A stretch of 64,000 bases of DNA, from assembly GCA_002269645.1 (NCBI GenBank), contig NIVC01000622.1, positions 186,001 through 250,000 on the forward strand, in the 5' to 3' direction. Shown here in pieces: positions 12,621-25,179 of this stretch (positions are counted from its first letter, which is position 1; every line of letters starts with the position of its first letter). The position numbers and the translations under genes are program-made. Source of the stretch: Macrostomum lignano (Eukaryota). The notes under the pieces were generated by a model. The model was not told the origin of the DNA and searched no databases. It worked only from the letters and a program-made list of their open reading frames with translations.

Positions 12621-13004
12621 AAATTATCCAGAAATTTTAAGCTAAGACTTTTCTTGTGTCTTTCCATCCAAAGCCGTCACCTCAAAGATAATGCAGCGTC
12701 TATCAATCAATACAGCTAATGCTGATCCTGTTACCACAGCACGCTTTCAATATCATCAATGAATGATTAATAAATGGAGCAGTTTCTCTTTATTAAAATA
12801 GAAATTTTATTAGCTCTAGGAAAAAAAGTTAATCAACCATCTCCAGATGCTTCAGTGTTCTTAGTTTAATAAAGCCCGGCTAAATGACTTTTTGCAAATA
12901 ACTTTAGGCTTGAATTTGTTTAATTAATTAAGTTCCAAATAGAACGTGCAGGGCATGTCTTTTGTTTGCTGCACGGAGCTGGGCTCGAATAAATCCACCT
13001 AATA

Positions 13005-13915
<911 letters not shown>

Positions 13916-14444
13916 CATCTTTTTATCCAATCTAATCTAATTTAATCTAGTCTTGAAAGGAGTGAACACTAATTAAAGCGAAAACAGTGAGATGAATTTT
14001 GTGTCATGTCCATATGCTTTCAAATCAACAGGCTTATTATAAGTTATCTCGATGAAAATTAGCCGTTTATCAAGTTTCAGTTAAATGGGTGTCAATCATG
14101 TTTTTATATTTTGGATTTATTCTGTTGCTGTCGGTTGAAATTCCAATTACACTGTGTGAGAACAGCGCACCTGGCAGCGGGGTGGGTATTTATAAAATTC
14201 ACTTATTGACTGACGGCTCAATGAACATTTTTTTGGTTTTTTTCCTATTTGCAAGGGATTTCAGTTTTGTTTCCTATGAATATTTTTTAATCTGCCTGCC
14301 TTCAATATTGATTTTTTTTATCTTGCCAGTAAGGAGATGCCTTCCTTTTGAGCTTTGCTCGATCTATTGTACCGTATCAATATCCTCTTTGCCCATTAGC
14401 TTTACCTGGTTTTTATCTGACTTCTCTCCCAGCAGTGTTGTAGC

Positions 14445-14995
14445 TCTCACTCACCCTCTCATCTCCGCCTCTCACTCTCCCCTCACCCTCTCATCTCTGT
14501 CTCTCACTCTCCCTCTCACCCTCTCATCTCTGCCTCTCACTCTCCCCTCACCCTCTCATCTCTGCCTCTCACCCTCCCTCACCCTCTCATCTCTGCCTCT
14601 CACCATCCCTCACCCTCTCATCTCTGCCTCTCCTCTCCCCCTCACCCTCTCATCTCTGCGAGAGGCATCAGTCTCTCATCTCTGCCTCTCACCCTCCATC
14701 AGTCTTTCATCTCTGCCTCTCACCCTCCATCAGTCTCTCATCTCTGCCTCTCACCCTCCCTCACCCTCTCATCTCTGCCTCTCCTCTCCCCCTCACCCTC
14801 TCATCTCTGCCTCTCACTCTCCATCAGTCTCCCATCTCTGCCTCTCACCCTCCCTCACCCTCTCACCCTCCCTCAGTCTTTCATCTCTGCCTCTCACCCT
14901 CCCTCAGTCTCTCATCTCTGCCTCTCACCCTCCCTCGCCCTCTCACCCTTCCTCAGTCTCTCATCTCAGTCTCTCATCTCTCCCTTACCCTCTCC
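14445..14995. repeat. CT-rich degenerate repeat (CTCTCACCCTC/CTCATCTCTGC)
   Basis: Direct reading. Confidence 0.85.
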
Positions 14996-15407
14996 GCTTT
15001 TTAGCTCACGTGTGTGAGAAGAGATGCCCAAGCAAATGATCTGATAGTTCCCTTGTTAAATTTGCACTCCTTGAAGACACACAGCAAATTTTTGCACAGC
15101 AAAAACTGCATTTCTGTTCAAATATTTTGACAGCTCGATGTGCGCGGAGGAAGGCTTCTTGGCTTCCCCGACCTGCGCCTCCCGCCCCCGCATTCTCCTT
15201 TTTTCTGGTCTGCCCTGCTTTTAGTCGCTTTTGCCTCTTTCTCCCTTCTAGACCTCGCTTTCCCCTGCCAATAACGGCATGCGTTGCTGGCCGCTGCGAC
15301 CTTTTCTCCAGTACAGGTTTTCCTGCCGCTCTTGCTTTTAACGAGTGTTTGTTTCTTTGTGTCTGTTGTTGTATGAAATCTGATTGAGCCTACTTTCTAA
15401 GCTGGCT

Positions 15408-15453
15408 TCTGTCTGTCTGTCTGTCTGTCTGTCTTTCAGTCTGTGTCTGTCTG

Positions 15454-15488
<35 letters not shown>

Positions 15489-15659
15489 GTCTGTCTGTGT
15501 GTCTGTCTGTGTGTCTGTCTGTCAGTCTGTCAGTCTGTCTGTCTGTGTCTGTCTGTGTCTGTCTGTCTGTCTCTCTTTATGTCTGTTTGCCTGTCTGTCT
15601 CTCTTTATGTCTGTTTGCCTGTCTGTCTGTCTGTCTGCCTGTCTGTCTGTCTGTCTGCC

Positions 15660-15744
<85 letters not shown>

Positions 15745-15745
15745 T

Positions 15746-15784
<39 letters not shown>

Positions 15785-15819
15785 TTATGTCTGTTTGCCT
15801 GTCTGTCTGTCTGTCTGCC

Positions 15820-15876
<57 letters not shown>

Positions 15877-15911
15877 TTATGTCTGTCTGTCTGTCTGTCT
15901 GTCTCTCTTTA

Positions 15912-15944
<33 letters not shown>

Positions 15945-15964
15945 TTATGTCTGTCTGTCTGTCA

Positions 15965-16002
<38 letters not shown>

Positions 16003-16013
16003 GTCTGTCTGTG

Positions 16014-16050
<37 letters not shown>

Positions 16051-16111
16051 TTATGTCTGTCTGTCTGTCAGTCTGTCTGTCAGTCAGTCAGTCTGTCTGT
16101 CTGTCTGTCTG

Positions 16112-16152
<41 letters not shown>

Positions 16153-16155
16153 TTA

Positions 16156-16188
<33 letters not shown>

Positions 16189-16332
16189 TTATGTCTGTCT
16201 GTCTGTCTGTCTGTCTCTCTTTATGTCTGTGTGTCTGTCAGTCAGTCTGTCTGTCTGTCTGTCTGTCTGTGTCTGTCTGTGTGTTTGTCTGTCTGTCTGT
16301 GTGTCTGTCTGTCTGTCTGTCTGTCTGTATCT
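15408..16332. repeat. (TCTG)n microsatellite, about 0.9 kb
   Basis: Direct reading. Confidence 0.97.
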
Positions 16333-16360
16333 GCTTTCTCATGCTTCTTCATTTTAAAAG

Positions 16361-16525
16361 CAGAAGAAATCCCTATTTACGGCAGCACGGGAAGTTATTC
16401 AGCGCCTGTTTACACTATCTCGGGAATTTCGTCAGGAACACGTGTGACAGATTGTCTGTTTCCACCCAATCAGCACCTGGCGCTAGCGGGAAAGATGGCT
16501 ATCTGCTCACTGAAGCCAGCAATCT
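16361..16525 (+). CDS. VPS13: Candidate cassette exon of VPS13 ([15 protein letters not shown]...LKPAI)
   Basis: Acceptor AAG or CAG (16360/16363), donor TCT/gtgagc; phase 1-1, open in the VPS13 frame; not needed for frame. Confidence 0.4.
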
Positions 16526-17049
16526 GTGAGCGCTAAGCGTCACTTTTTTAAACGGTTTACGAAATTGCCCGCCGTGTTGTAAAGTCGCCACAAGTTCTTG
16601 CTTTCGGTTTGTAGGGAATCGGGAGGTAGTGGGCCGTTTTTGGAAAGGAAAAAATGGTAAAAAAAGTGACCGCTAATTCGACTTGAAATGGGAATTCCTT
16701 GCCAGCTCTTCCAGCTCGGGCAACCGATTAGCTTGCTGGCGAGCTTTCGCTCTCTACCAGGCCTCATTAAGGAGAATATGGGGCTGCGTTTTTTTGTCCA
16801 TGGGATTTCTCCAGCTTGGGAAATATTATTGCTACTGACGAGCTGCTTTGTAGGAGGCAGCGAGTGAATGAACTGTCAGTAAATGATGGAGTGTGGCGAC
16901 TGCTGGAAAAGATGATTTAAACAGGTATTGTCTGTATTCTCTCAGTTTTTTGGTAGCCATCTGTTCTGACCCTCTGGATCCATGCAGGTACCTCGCTCCC
17001 TAATTATTCAATTTAGCTTGAAAATTACCCCAATATTCTGTGTTCGTCC

Positions 17050-18500
17050 CCGTGTCCTAATCCCCAGGTACCTGTCCCCGTGTCCTAATCCCCAGGTACC
17101 TGTATCCGTGTCTTAATCCCCAGGTACCTGTCCCGTGTCCTAATCTTTAGGTACCTGTCTCCGTGTCCTAATCTTCAGGTACCTGTTTCCCTATCCTAAT
17201 CCCCAGGTACCTGTCTCCGCGTCCTAATCTTCAGGTACCTGTATCCGTGTCCTAATCTACAGGTACCTGTCTCCGTGTCCTAATCTCCAGGTACCTGTCT
17301 CCGTGTCCTAATCTCCAGGTACCTGTCTCCGTGTCCTAATCCCCAGGTACCTGTCTCCGTGTCCTAATCCCCAGGTACCTGTCTCCGTGTCCTAATCTCC
17401 AGGTATCTGTATCCGTGTCCTAATCTCCAGGTACCTGTCTCCGTGTCCTAATCTCCAGGTACCTGTATCCGTGTCTTAATCCCCAGGTACCTGTCCCCGT
17501 GTCCTAATCCCCAGGTACCTGTCTCCGTGTCCTATTCTTCAGGTACCTGTTTCCCTATCCTAATCCCTAAGTACCTGTCTCCGCTTCCTAATCTTCAGGT
17601 ACCTGTCCCCGTGTCCTAATCTCCAGGTACCTGTTTCCCTATCCTAATCCCCAGCTACCTGTCTCCGTGTCCTAATCTTCAGCTACCTGTCTCCGTGTCC
17701 TAATCCCCAGCTACCTGTCTCCGCTTCCTAATCTTCAGGTACCTGTCTCCGTGTCCTAATCTTCAGGTACCTGTCTCCGTGTCCTAATCCCCAGATACCT
17801 GTCTCCGTGTCCTAATCTTCAGGTACCTGTCTCCGTGTTCTAATCCCCAGGTACCTGTCTCCGTGTCCTAATCTTCAGGTACCTGTCTCCGTGTCCTAAT
17901 CTTCAGGTACCTGTCTCCGTGTCCTAATCTTCAGGTACCTGTCTCCGTGTCCTAATCTCCAGGTACCTGTCTCCGTGTCCTAATCCCCAGGTACCTGTCT
18001 CCGTGTCCTAATCCCAAGGTACCTGTCTCCGTGTCCTAATCTTCAGGTACCTGTATCCGTGTCCTAATCTACAGGTACCTGTCTCCGTGTCCTAATCTCC
18101 AGGTACCTGTCTCCGTGTCCTAATCCTTAGGTACCTGTCTCCGTGTCCTAATCTCCAGGTACCTGTCTCCGTGTCCTAATCCTTAGGTACCTGTATCCGT
18201 GTCCTAATCCCAGGTACCTGTCTCCGCGTCCTAATCTTCAGGTACCGGTCTCTGTGTCCTAATCTCCAGGTACCTATCTCCGTGTCCTAATCTTCAGCTC
18301 CCGGTCTCTGTGTCCTAATCTCCAGGTACCTGTCTCCGTGTCTCAATATCCAGGTTACTGTCTCGGTGTCCTAATCCCCAGGTACCTGTCTCCGCGTCCT
18401 AATCTTCAGGTACCGGTCTCTGTGTCCTAATCTCCAGGTACCTGTCTCCGTGTCTCAATATCCAGGTTACTGTCTCGGTGTCCTAATCCCCAGGTACCTG
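17050..18500. repeat. 28-bp minisatellite CAGGTACCTGTCTCCGTGTCCTAATCTC
   Basis: About 50 copies. Confidence 0.95.
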
Positions 18501-19347
18501 TTTTGTGTCCCTTATCCCAGGATTCCCATTCTCTGTTCCCAAAGTCCTGATTCCCTTTCCATGACTCTTCATTCTACACTGCCACAATGCATTAAATATT
18601 GTAATAAAGTCTCATATCTACTTTGTTTCTACGGGCTGCCTCGTAATCTTATCTCTTTATTTTCCAATCTTTATCAAAGCTTTTTCGCTAATTGCATTGG
18701 TGAAATTCAATATCCACATTTTCCGGCCTGCAATCGGTTTCCTACGTATGAAATGAAATGTAGTCAGTCTTGATAATTTAGAAATCTTAGACGCAGGGTA
18801 TCCATTTTTTTCCACAAAAATGGTTGGTCATCAGTTTCCAGCTTTGTTGGAAAGCTTGAAATTTGTTTTTTTATTAGTCATTCAATTGATCTGGCTGGGG
18901 TGGGGGAACCCTGGCGAAACATTCATACACACGCTTACACAGGGTGTTCAGTGGCCTTACCGTCAAACATGTGGCTCAATAAGCGCCTGTCAGTTTTAAC
19001 TTGAATTCAGAATTTTAACTTCGACTGACTTCTCTCTTCTTTTTTTAAAGAAATTCGCCATCATCTTTTTCTTTTCTTTCGCTTCTTGTGTGCGCGCGAA
19101 TAGAGAGACACAGGTGAGGGGTGTAGGTTAATTAGTTCGAGCCCCGTGTCTTCTCGTGGGACAAGTGGTCGCTGACCCAGTGGACTGCACGCGACGGTGT
19201 TAAGCATAGTTCGGTCAGCTCCCTTTTCTCATCATTGCTTTTAATCCGCTAGTACTATTTCATTGCTGCTCGAAATGCAGCTTTAGTTTTCAAAACTCGG
19301 ACGCCGTATTCTTTCCTGTGTTTCTATATTTAGTCCCGAAGCACCTA

Positions 19348-20078
19348 TGAATCCCAAATCTGTCATTGATCACAAATCTTTCATTAATCCCAAATCTTTC
19401 AGTAATCTCAAATCTGTCATTAATCCCAAATCCTAAATTAATCCAAAATCTTTTTTTAATCCCAAATACTAAACTATTCCCAAATCTTAAATTGTTCCCA
19501 AATCTTTCATTAATCCAAAATATTTCATTAATCCCAAATCTACATTAATTCTAAATCTTTCAGTAATCTTGAATCAATTATCTCAAATCCTTCATTAATC
19601 CCAATTCTTTCATTAATCCCAAATCTTTCATTATTCTCAAATCTGTTCTATCTCAAATCCAGGGCCCTATTCTATCCCCTGTTCTATCTCAAATCCAGGG
19701 CCCTATTCTATCCCCTGTTCTATCTCAAATCCAGGGTCCTGTTCCATCTCAAATCCAAGGCCCTATTCTATCCGCTGTTCTATCTCAAATCCAGGGCCCT
19801 ATTCTATCCCCTGTTCTATCTCAAATCTAGGGCTCTATTCTATCCACTGTTCTATCTCAAATCCAGGGCCATGTTCTATCCACTGTTCTATCTCAAATCT
19901 AGGGCCCTATTCTATCCCCTGTTCTATCTCAAATCCAGGGCCATATTCTATCCCCTGTTCTATCTCAAATCCAGGGCCATATTCTATCCCCTGTTCTATC
20001 TCAAATCCAGGGCCCTTTTCTATCCACTGTTCTACTTCAAATCCAAGGCCCTATTCTATCCACTGTTCTATCTCAATA
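19348..20078. repeat. Adjacent 18-bp (TAATCCCAAATCTTTCAT) and 36-bp (GTTCTATCTCAAATCCAGGGCCCTATTCTATCCCCT) minisatellites
   Basis: Switch of unit at about 19640. Confidence 0.9.
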
Positions 20079-20125
20079 TGTTCAAACTCTTACTGCAATC
20101 TGCATTCAACCGCCCCCGTATCCAG

Positions 20126-20376
20126 GTGCTCCGGAAACGAAGCAGTCACAGGACTCACAACCGGCCCAGTCGCAGGGCGCCCGGCCCAGCGTCGCCTCGG
20201 ACGGCTCGCCATTATCGGACGACGCCGAAGGCAGCGAAACCGGCGGCAGCGCACGCGGGAGCATCGGCATGGAGTCCAGCTCCAGCCTGCTGAAAATGAG
20301 GGTGCAGATGTCCGAGCCTCAGCTGCTGCTTGTTGAGGACCTCTCCGATCCCAATTGCAACGCTGTTGTGCTTAAT
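20126..20376 (+). CDS. VPS13: VPS13 exon (APETKQ...SEPQLLLVEDLSDPNCNAVVLN)
   Basis: Acceptor atccag/, donor AAT/gtgagt; phase 1-0; read manually. Confidence 0.9.
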
Positions 20377-20401
20377 GTGAGTATCTGATCTGCCTCTGGT
20401 T

Positions 20402-21830
20402 ACCGGTATCTCTCACCTGTTCTCTCACGGTATCTCTCACCGGTATCTCTCACCTGTTCTCTCACCTGTTCTCTCACCGGTATCTCTCACCGGTATCTCT
20501 CACCTGTTCTCTCACCGGTATCTCTCACCGGTATCTCTCACCTGTTCTCTCACCGGTATCTCTCACCTGTTCTCTCACCGGTATCTCTCACCTGTTCTCT
20601 CACCTGTTCTCCCACCGGTATCTCTCACCTGTTCTCTCACCGGTATCTATCACCGGTATATCTCGCCTGTTCTCTCACCTGTTCTCTCACCGGTATCTCA
20701 CCCGTATCTCTCACCTGTTCTCTCACATGTTCTCTCACCGGTATCTCTCACCTGTTCTCTCACCTGTTCTCTCACCGGTATCTCTCACCTGTTCTCTCAC
20801 CTGTTCTCCCACCGGTATCTCTCACCTGTTCTCTCACCGGTATCTATCACCGGTATATCTCGCCTGTTCTCTCACCTGTTCTCTCACCGGTATCTCACCC
20901 GTATCTCTCACCTGTTCTCTCACATGTTCTCTCACCGGTATCTCTCACCTGTTCTCTCACCTGTTCTCTCACATGTTCTCTCACCGGTATCTCTCAACTG
21001 TTCTCTCACATGTTCTCTCACCGGTATCTCACCGGTATCTCTCACCTGTTCTCTCACCGGTATCTCTCACCTGTTCTCTCACCGGTATCTCTCACCGGTA
21101 TCTCTCAATGTTCTTTCACATGTTCTCTCACCTGTTCTCTCACCGGTATCTCTCACCTGTTCTCTCACCTGTTCTCTCACATGTTCTCTCACCGGTATCT
21201 CTCACCTGTTCTCTCACCTGTTCTCTCACATGTTCTCTCACCGGTATCTCTCACCTGTTCTCTCACCTGTTCTCTCACATGTTCTCTCACCGGTATCTCT
21301 CACCTGTTCTCTCACATGTTCTCTCACTGGTATCTCACCGGTATCTCTCACCTGTTCTCTCACCGGTATCTCTCACCGGTATCTCTCACCTGTTCTCTCA
21401 CCGGTATCTCTCACCGGTATCTCTCACCTGTTCTTTCACATGTTCTCTCACCTGTTCTCTCACCGGTATCTCTCACCTGTTCTCTCACCTGTTCTCTCAC
21501 CGGTATCTTACCGGTATCTCTCACCTGTTCTCTCACCGATATCTCTCACCTGTTCTCTCACCGGTATCTCTCACTGGTATCCCTCACCTGTTCTCTCACC
21601 GGTATCTCACCCGTATCTCTCACCTGTTCTCTCACATGTTCTCTCACCGGTATCTCTCACCTGTGTCTCTCACATGTATCTCTCACCTGTTCTCTCACCG
21701 GTATCTCTCACCTGTGTCTCTCACATGTATCTCTCACCTGTATATCTCACGTTCTCACTTGTCCTACATTCTCACTGTCTGTCTCATCTGTATTTCTCAC
21801 CTGTCTCTCTCTCACCTGTATGTCTCACTA
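20402..21830. repeat. Compound 12-13-bp minisatellite CTCTCACCTGTT / CTCTCACCGGTAT
   Basis: About 1.4 kb of interspersed unit variants. Confidence 0.94.
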
Positions 21831-22324
21831 GTCTCCCCTATGTGTGCCTAAACTGTCTCAAATGCCTCAGTTTTTACATTTTTTAAGAGTTTTTATCCTC
21901 AATGCTACACTTTGGACTTGTTTTAAAATAGTTATAAGGACTTATGTTCCCGTACGCGGGACAATCATTTATTTGTCTTTGTATTGGTGGCGTTTACAAT
22001 TTAATGAAAGAATACACTTCTTCCATTAACTGCTCAGGTTCACTAGAATGATACTGACTTTGCATAGGCGTGGTATTTAGTTTTGCGATTTTTGCTAGAC
22101 AAAGCGGGCTTGCTGAGGATTTTAACTATGAGATATTCGGTTGGAAAAGCAAATAAAATGCAGTCTTTAGTCTTTTCTTCATTTCTCTGGGTGTAGTATT
22201 TCGATTTATTTAAATTGCATAGTGTTAGGACGATTCCCTGATGTGAATGGAGAGAATTCCTGTTTAGAATCATTTTCGTTTTTATAGAAACTCCCCTATT
22301 TTGGATATTTCTTAGTTGGAGGAA

Positions 22325-22935
22325 CCCCATTTTGGGTGTTTCCCAGTTATACGGAATTCCCATTTGAACTATTTCCTAGTTAGAGAATTACCATTTGAGT
22401 ATTTCCCAGTTAAAGGGAATTCCCATTTGAGGTATTTCCCAGTTTAGGGATTTCCCATTTGAAATATTTTCCAGTTGTAGGGAATTCCCATTTGACGTAT
22501 TTCCCAGTAATATGGAATTCCCATTTGGATGATTTCCCAGTTATAGGGAATTCCCATATGAGGTATTTCCCAGTTATAGGGAATTCCCATTTGTATTATT
22601 TCCCGGTTGTAAGGAATTCCCATTTGAGGTATTTCCCAGTTATAGGGAATTCCCATATCAGGTATTTCCCAGTTATAGGGAATTCCCATATCAGGTATTT
22701 CCCAGTTATAGGGAATTCCCATTTGTATTATTTCCCGGTTGTAAGGAATTCCCATTTGAGGTATTTCCCAGTTATAGGGAATTCCCATATTAGGTATTTC
22801 CCAGTTATAGGGAATTCCCATATCAGGTATTTCCTAGTTATAGGAAATTCCAATTTGAGGTATTCCCTAGTCGAATGAATTTCCGCTTGGTTCCAGGGCA
22901 TTCCGAGTTGGTTATTTCGCAGTTAGGGGAATTCC
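22325..22935. repeat. 33-bp minisatellite ATTTCCCAGTTATAGGGAATTCCCATTTGAGGT
   Basis: About 17 copies; 11-aa period in the ORF track. Confidence 0.93.
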
Positions 22936-23524
22936 TAAGCACTTAAGGAAGCCACTGTGAGCTCCCAGCTGCTGCCTTTGAAATTTTCACACCGTTAAGA
23001 TTTTTTTAATTCTCTATTTTCCCTCCACTTTTCCTAAATCCTCACTTATTCCTTATCTTCCTTTCGTTGGTAAACGCGTGAGGAGAATTCTCCCATTCCT
23101 CTATAAAAGAGGAATATGTAAGCATGCTCAAATTTCTTATAGGCAGAAAATTGCTGCAGAAATTCTGCCTCCAGCCTCCTCTGATGTTTGCTCAGCAGCT
23201 CCTCATCACAGATAAATATGCGCTGGCTTCTCTCCCAGTTCTATTGTACTGGCGGCGTATATTTGCTGCTCTTCACAAGTTAAAGATTTCTGTGGGCATA
23301 CTTACGAGTTTGAGTATGAGTTCAATAATTTATTTATTAAAGCTGGATTGCCTATTAAAATATGCGATATAATTGCTTGAAAATTCTCTGGCAATTGACA
23401 ATTTGTTCAGCTTCTTAGTAATTTGATATATAAGTTTAGCATTTGTATGTTCAATGCAATCAATCTTGTTGAAAATAACGTTGGTCTCATGAACGTGAAC
23501 TGGTAGAAGCGTGCAATGAGAAAT

Positions 23525-24508
23525 TGAAGTGTGACACATGCGCAGTTATAGAGTACAGGTGTGACACATGCGCAGTTATAGAGTACAGGTGTGACACATG
23601 CGCAGTTATAGAGTACAGGTGTGACACATGCGCAGTTATAGAGTACAGGTGTGACACATGCGCAGTTATAGAGTACAGGTGCGACACATGCGCAGTTATA
23701 AACTACAGGCGTGACACATGCGCGCAATTATAAACTACAGGTGTGATCCCTGTGCGCAGTTATAAACTACAGGTGTGATCCCTGTGAGCAGTTATAAACT
23801 ACAGGTGTGATCCCTGTGAGCAGTTATAAACTACAGGTGTGATCCCTGTGCGCTGTTATAAACTACATGTGTGATCCCTGTGCGCTGTTATAAACTACAG
23901 GTGTGATCCCTGTGCGCTGTTATAAACTACAGGTGTGACACATGCGCGCAGTTATAAACTACAGGTGTGACACATGCGCAGTTATAAACTACAGGTGTGA
24001 CACATGTGCGCAGTTATAAACTACAGGTGTGACACATGTGCGCAGTTATAAACTACAGGTGTGACACATGTGCGCAGTTATAAACTACAGCTGTGACACA
24101 TGTGCGCAGTTATAAACTACAGGTGTGACACATGCGCGCAGTTATAAACTACAGGTGTGACACATGTGAGCAGTTATAAACTACGGGTGTGACACATGTG
24201 AGCAGTTATAAACTACAGGTGTGACACATGTGCGCAATTATAAACTACAGCTGTGACACATGTGCGCAATTATAAACTACAGCTGTGACACATGTGCGCA
24301 GTTATAAACTACAGGTGTGACACATGTGCGCAGTTATAAACTACATGTGACACATGCGCGCAGTTATAAACTACAGGTGACACATGCGCGCAGTTATAAA
24401 CTACAGGTGTGACACATGCGCGCAGTTATAAACTACAGGTGACACATGCGCGCAGTTATAAACTACAGGTGTGACACGTGCGCAGTTATAAGCTACGGGT
24501 GTGACACA
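23525..24508. repeat. 30-32-bp minisatellite CAGGTGTGACACATGCGCAGTTATAAACTA
   Basis: About 31 copies. Confidence 0.94.
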
Positions 24509-24669
24509 CGACAGTAAAAAATTCACATGCACGTTAAAGCCAGTGCACGCTTATTCGTGTCTTCCAGTTGTGTCATTCGCGATTTCGAGTATTGGATTTT
24601 AATTAGGCACTCCCATATTTGGTTACTATAGGATAACGCTCATTTTATTCCGATTCCATTTTACTGCAG

Positions 24670-24792
24670 CTAAAATCGTCAGTGGATTATCGAAGGAACA
24701 GCAGCATTGAGCACTGCAAAATTGACGTCTCCAAGCTGCAGCTGTTTTGCTGTCCGTTCAACGAGGAGAAACGGCAGAATTCCTATATTGAG
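24670..24792 (+). CDS. VPS13: VPS13 exon (LKSSVDY...QLFCCPFNEEKRQNSYIE)
   Basis: Acceptor actgcag/, donor GAG/gtgatt; 41 codons, phase 0-0. Confidence 0.88.
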
Positions 24793-24844
24793 GTGATTTT
24801 TATCGATTTTTAAATCATTTTGCTTGTATTTGGGGATTTACTGA

Positions 24845-25050
24845 CACTGTACGTTTGGGGATTTTCCCAGGACTGTGTACATTGAGGTGGGTAGGGATTC
24901 CCCTGGAACTGTACATTAAGATGGGTAGGGATTCCTCTAGAACTGTACATTGTGGTAGGTAGGGATTTCCCTGGACCTGTATATTGGGGTGGGTAGGGAT
25001 TTCCCTGGACCTGTATATTGGGGTGGGTAGGGATTCCTCTGGGACTTAAA
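24845..25050. repeat. About 34-bp minisatellite GGGGTGGGTAGGGATTTCCCTGGACCTGTATATT
   Basis: About 5 diverged copies. Confidence 0.8.
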
Positions 25051-25179
25051 GTAAAAATTAGTCAGGGATTTCCCGTTGACTGTGACCATTATGATAGGTT
25101 AAGGTACCCTCCGAAACTATGTACATTGAGATTTTTTAGTTGTTTGTATAATAAATCTATTTTCCGGGTACGTTGGGAT

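Noticed and set aside
16761-16925. Possible exon ending AAACAG/GTATTG
   Set aside because: Stop codons in every frame tested
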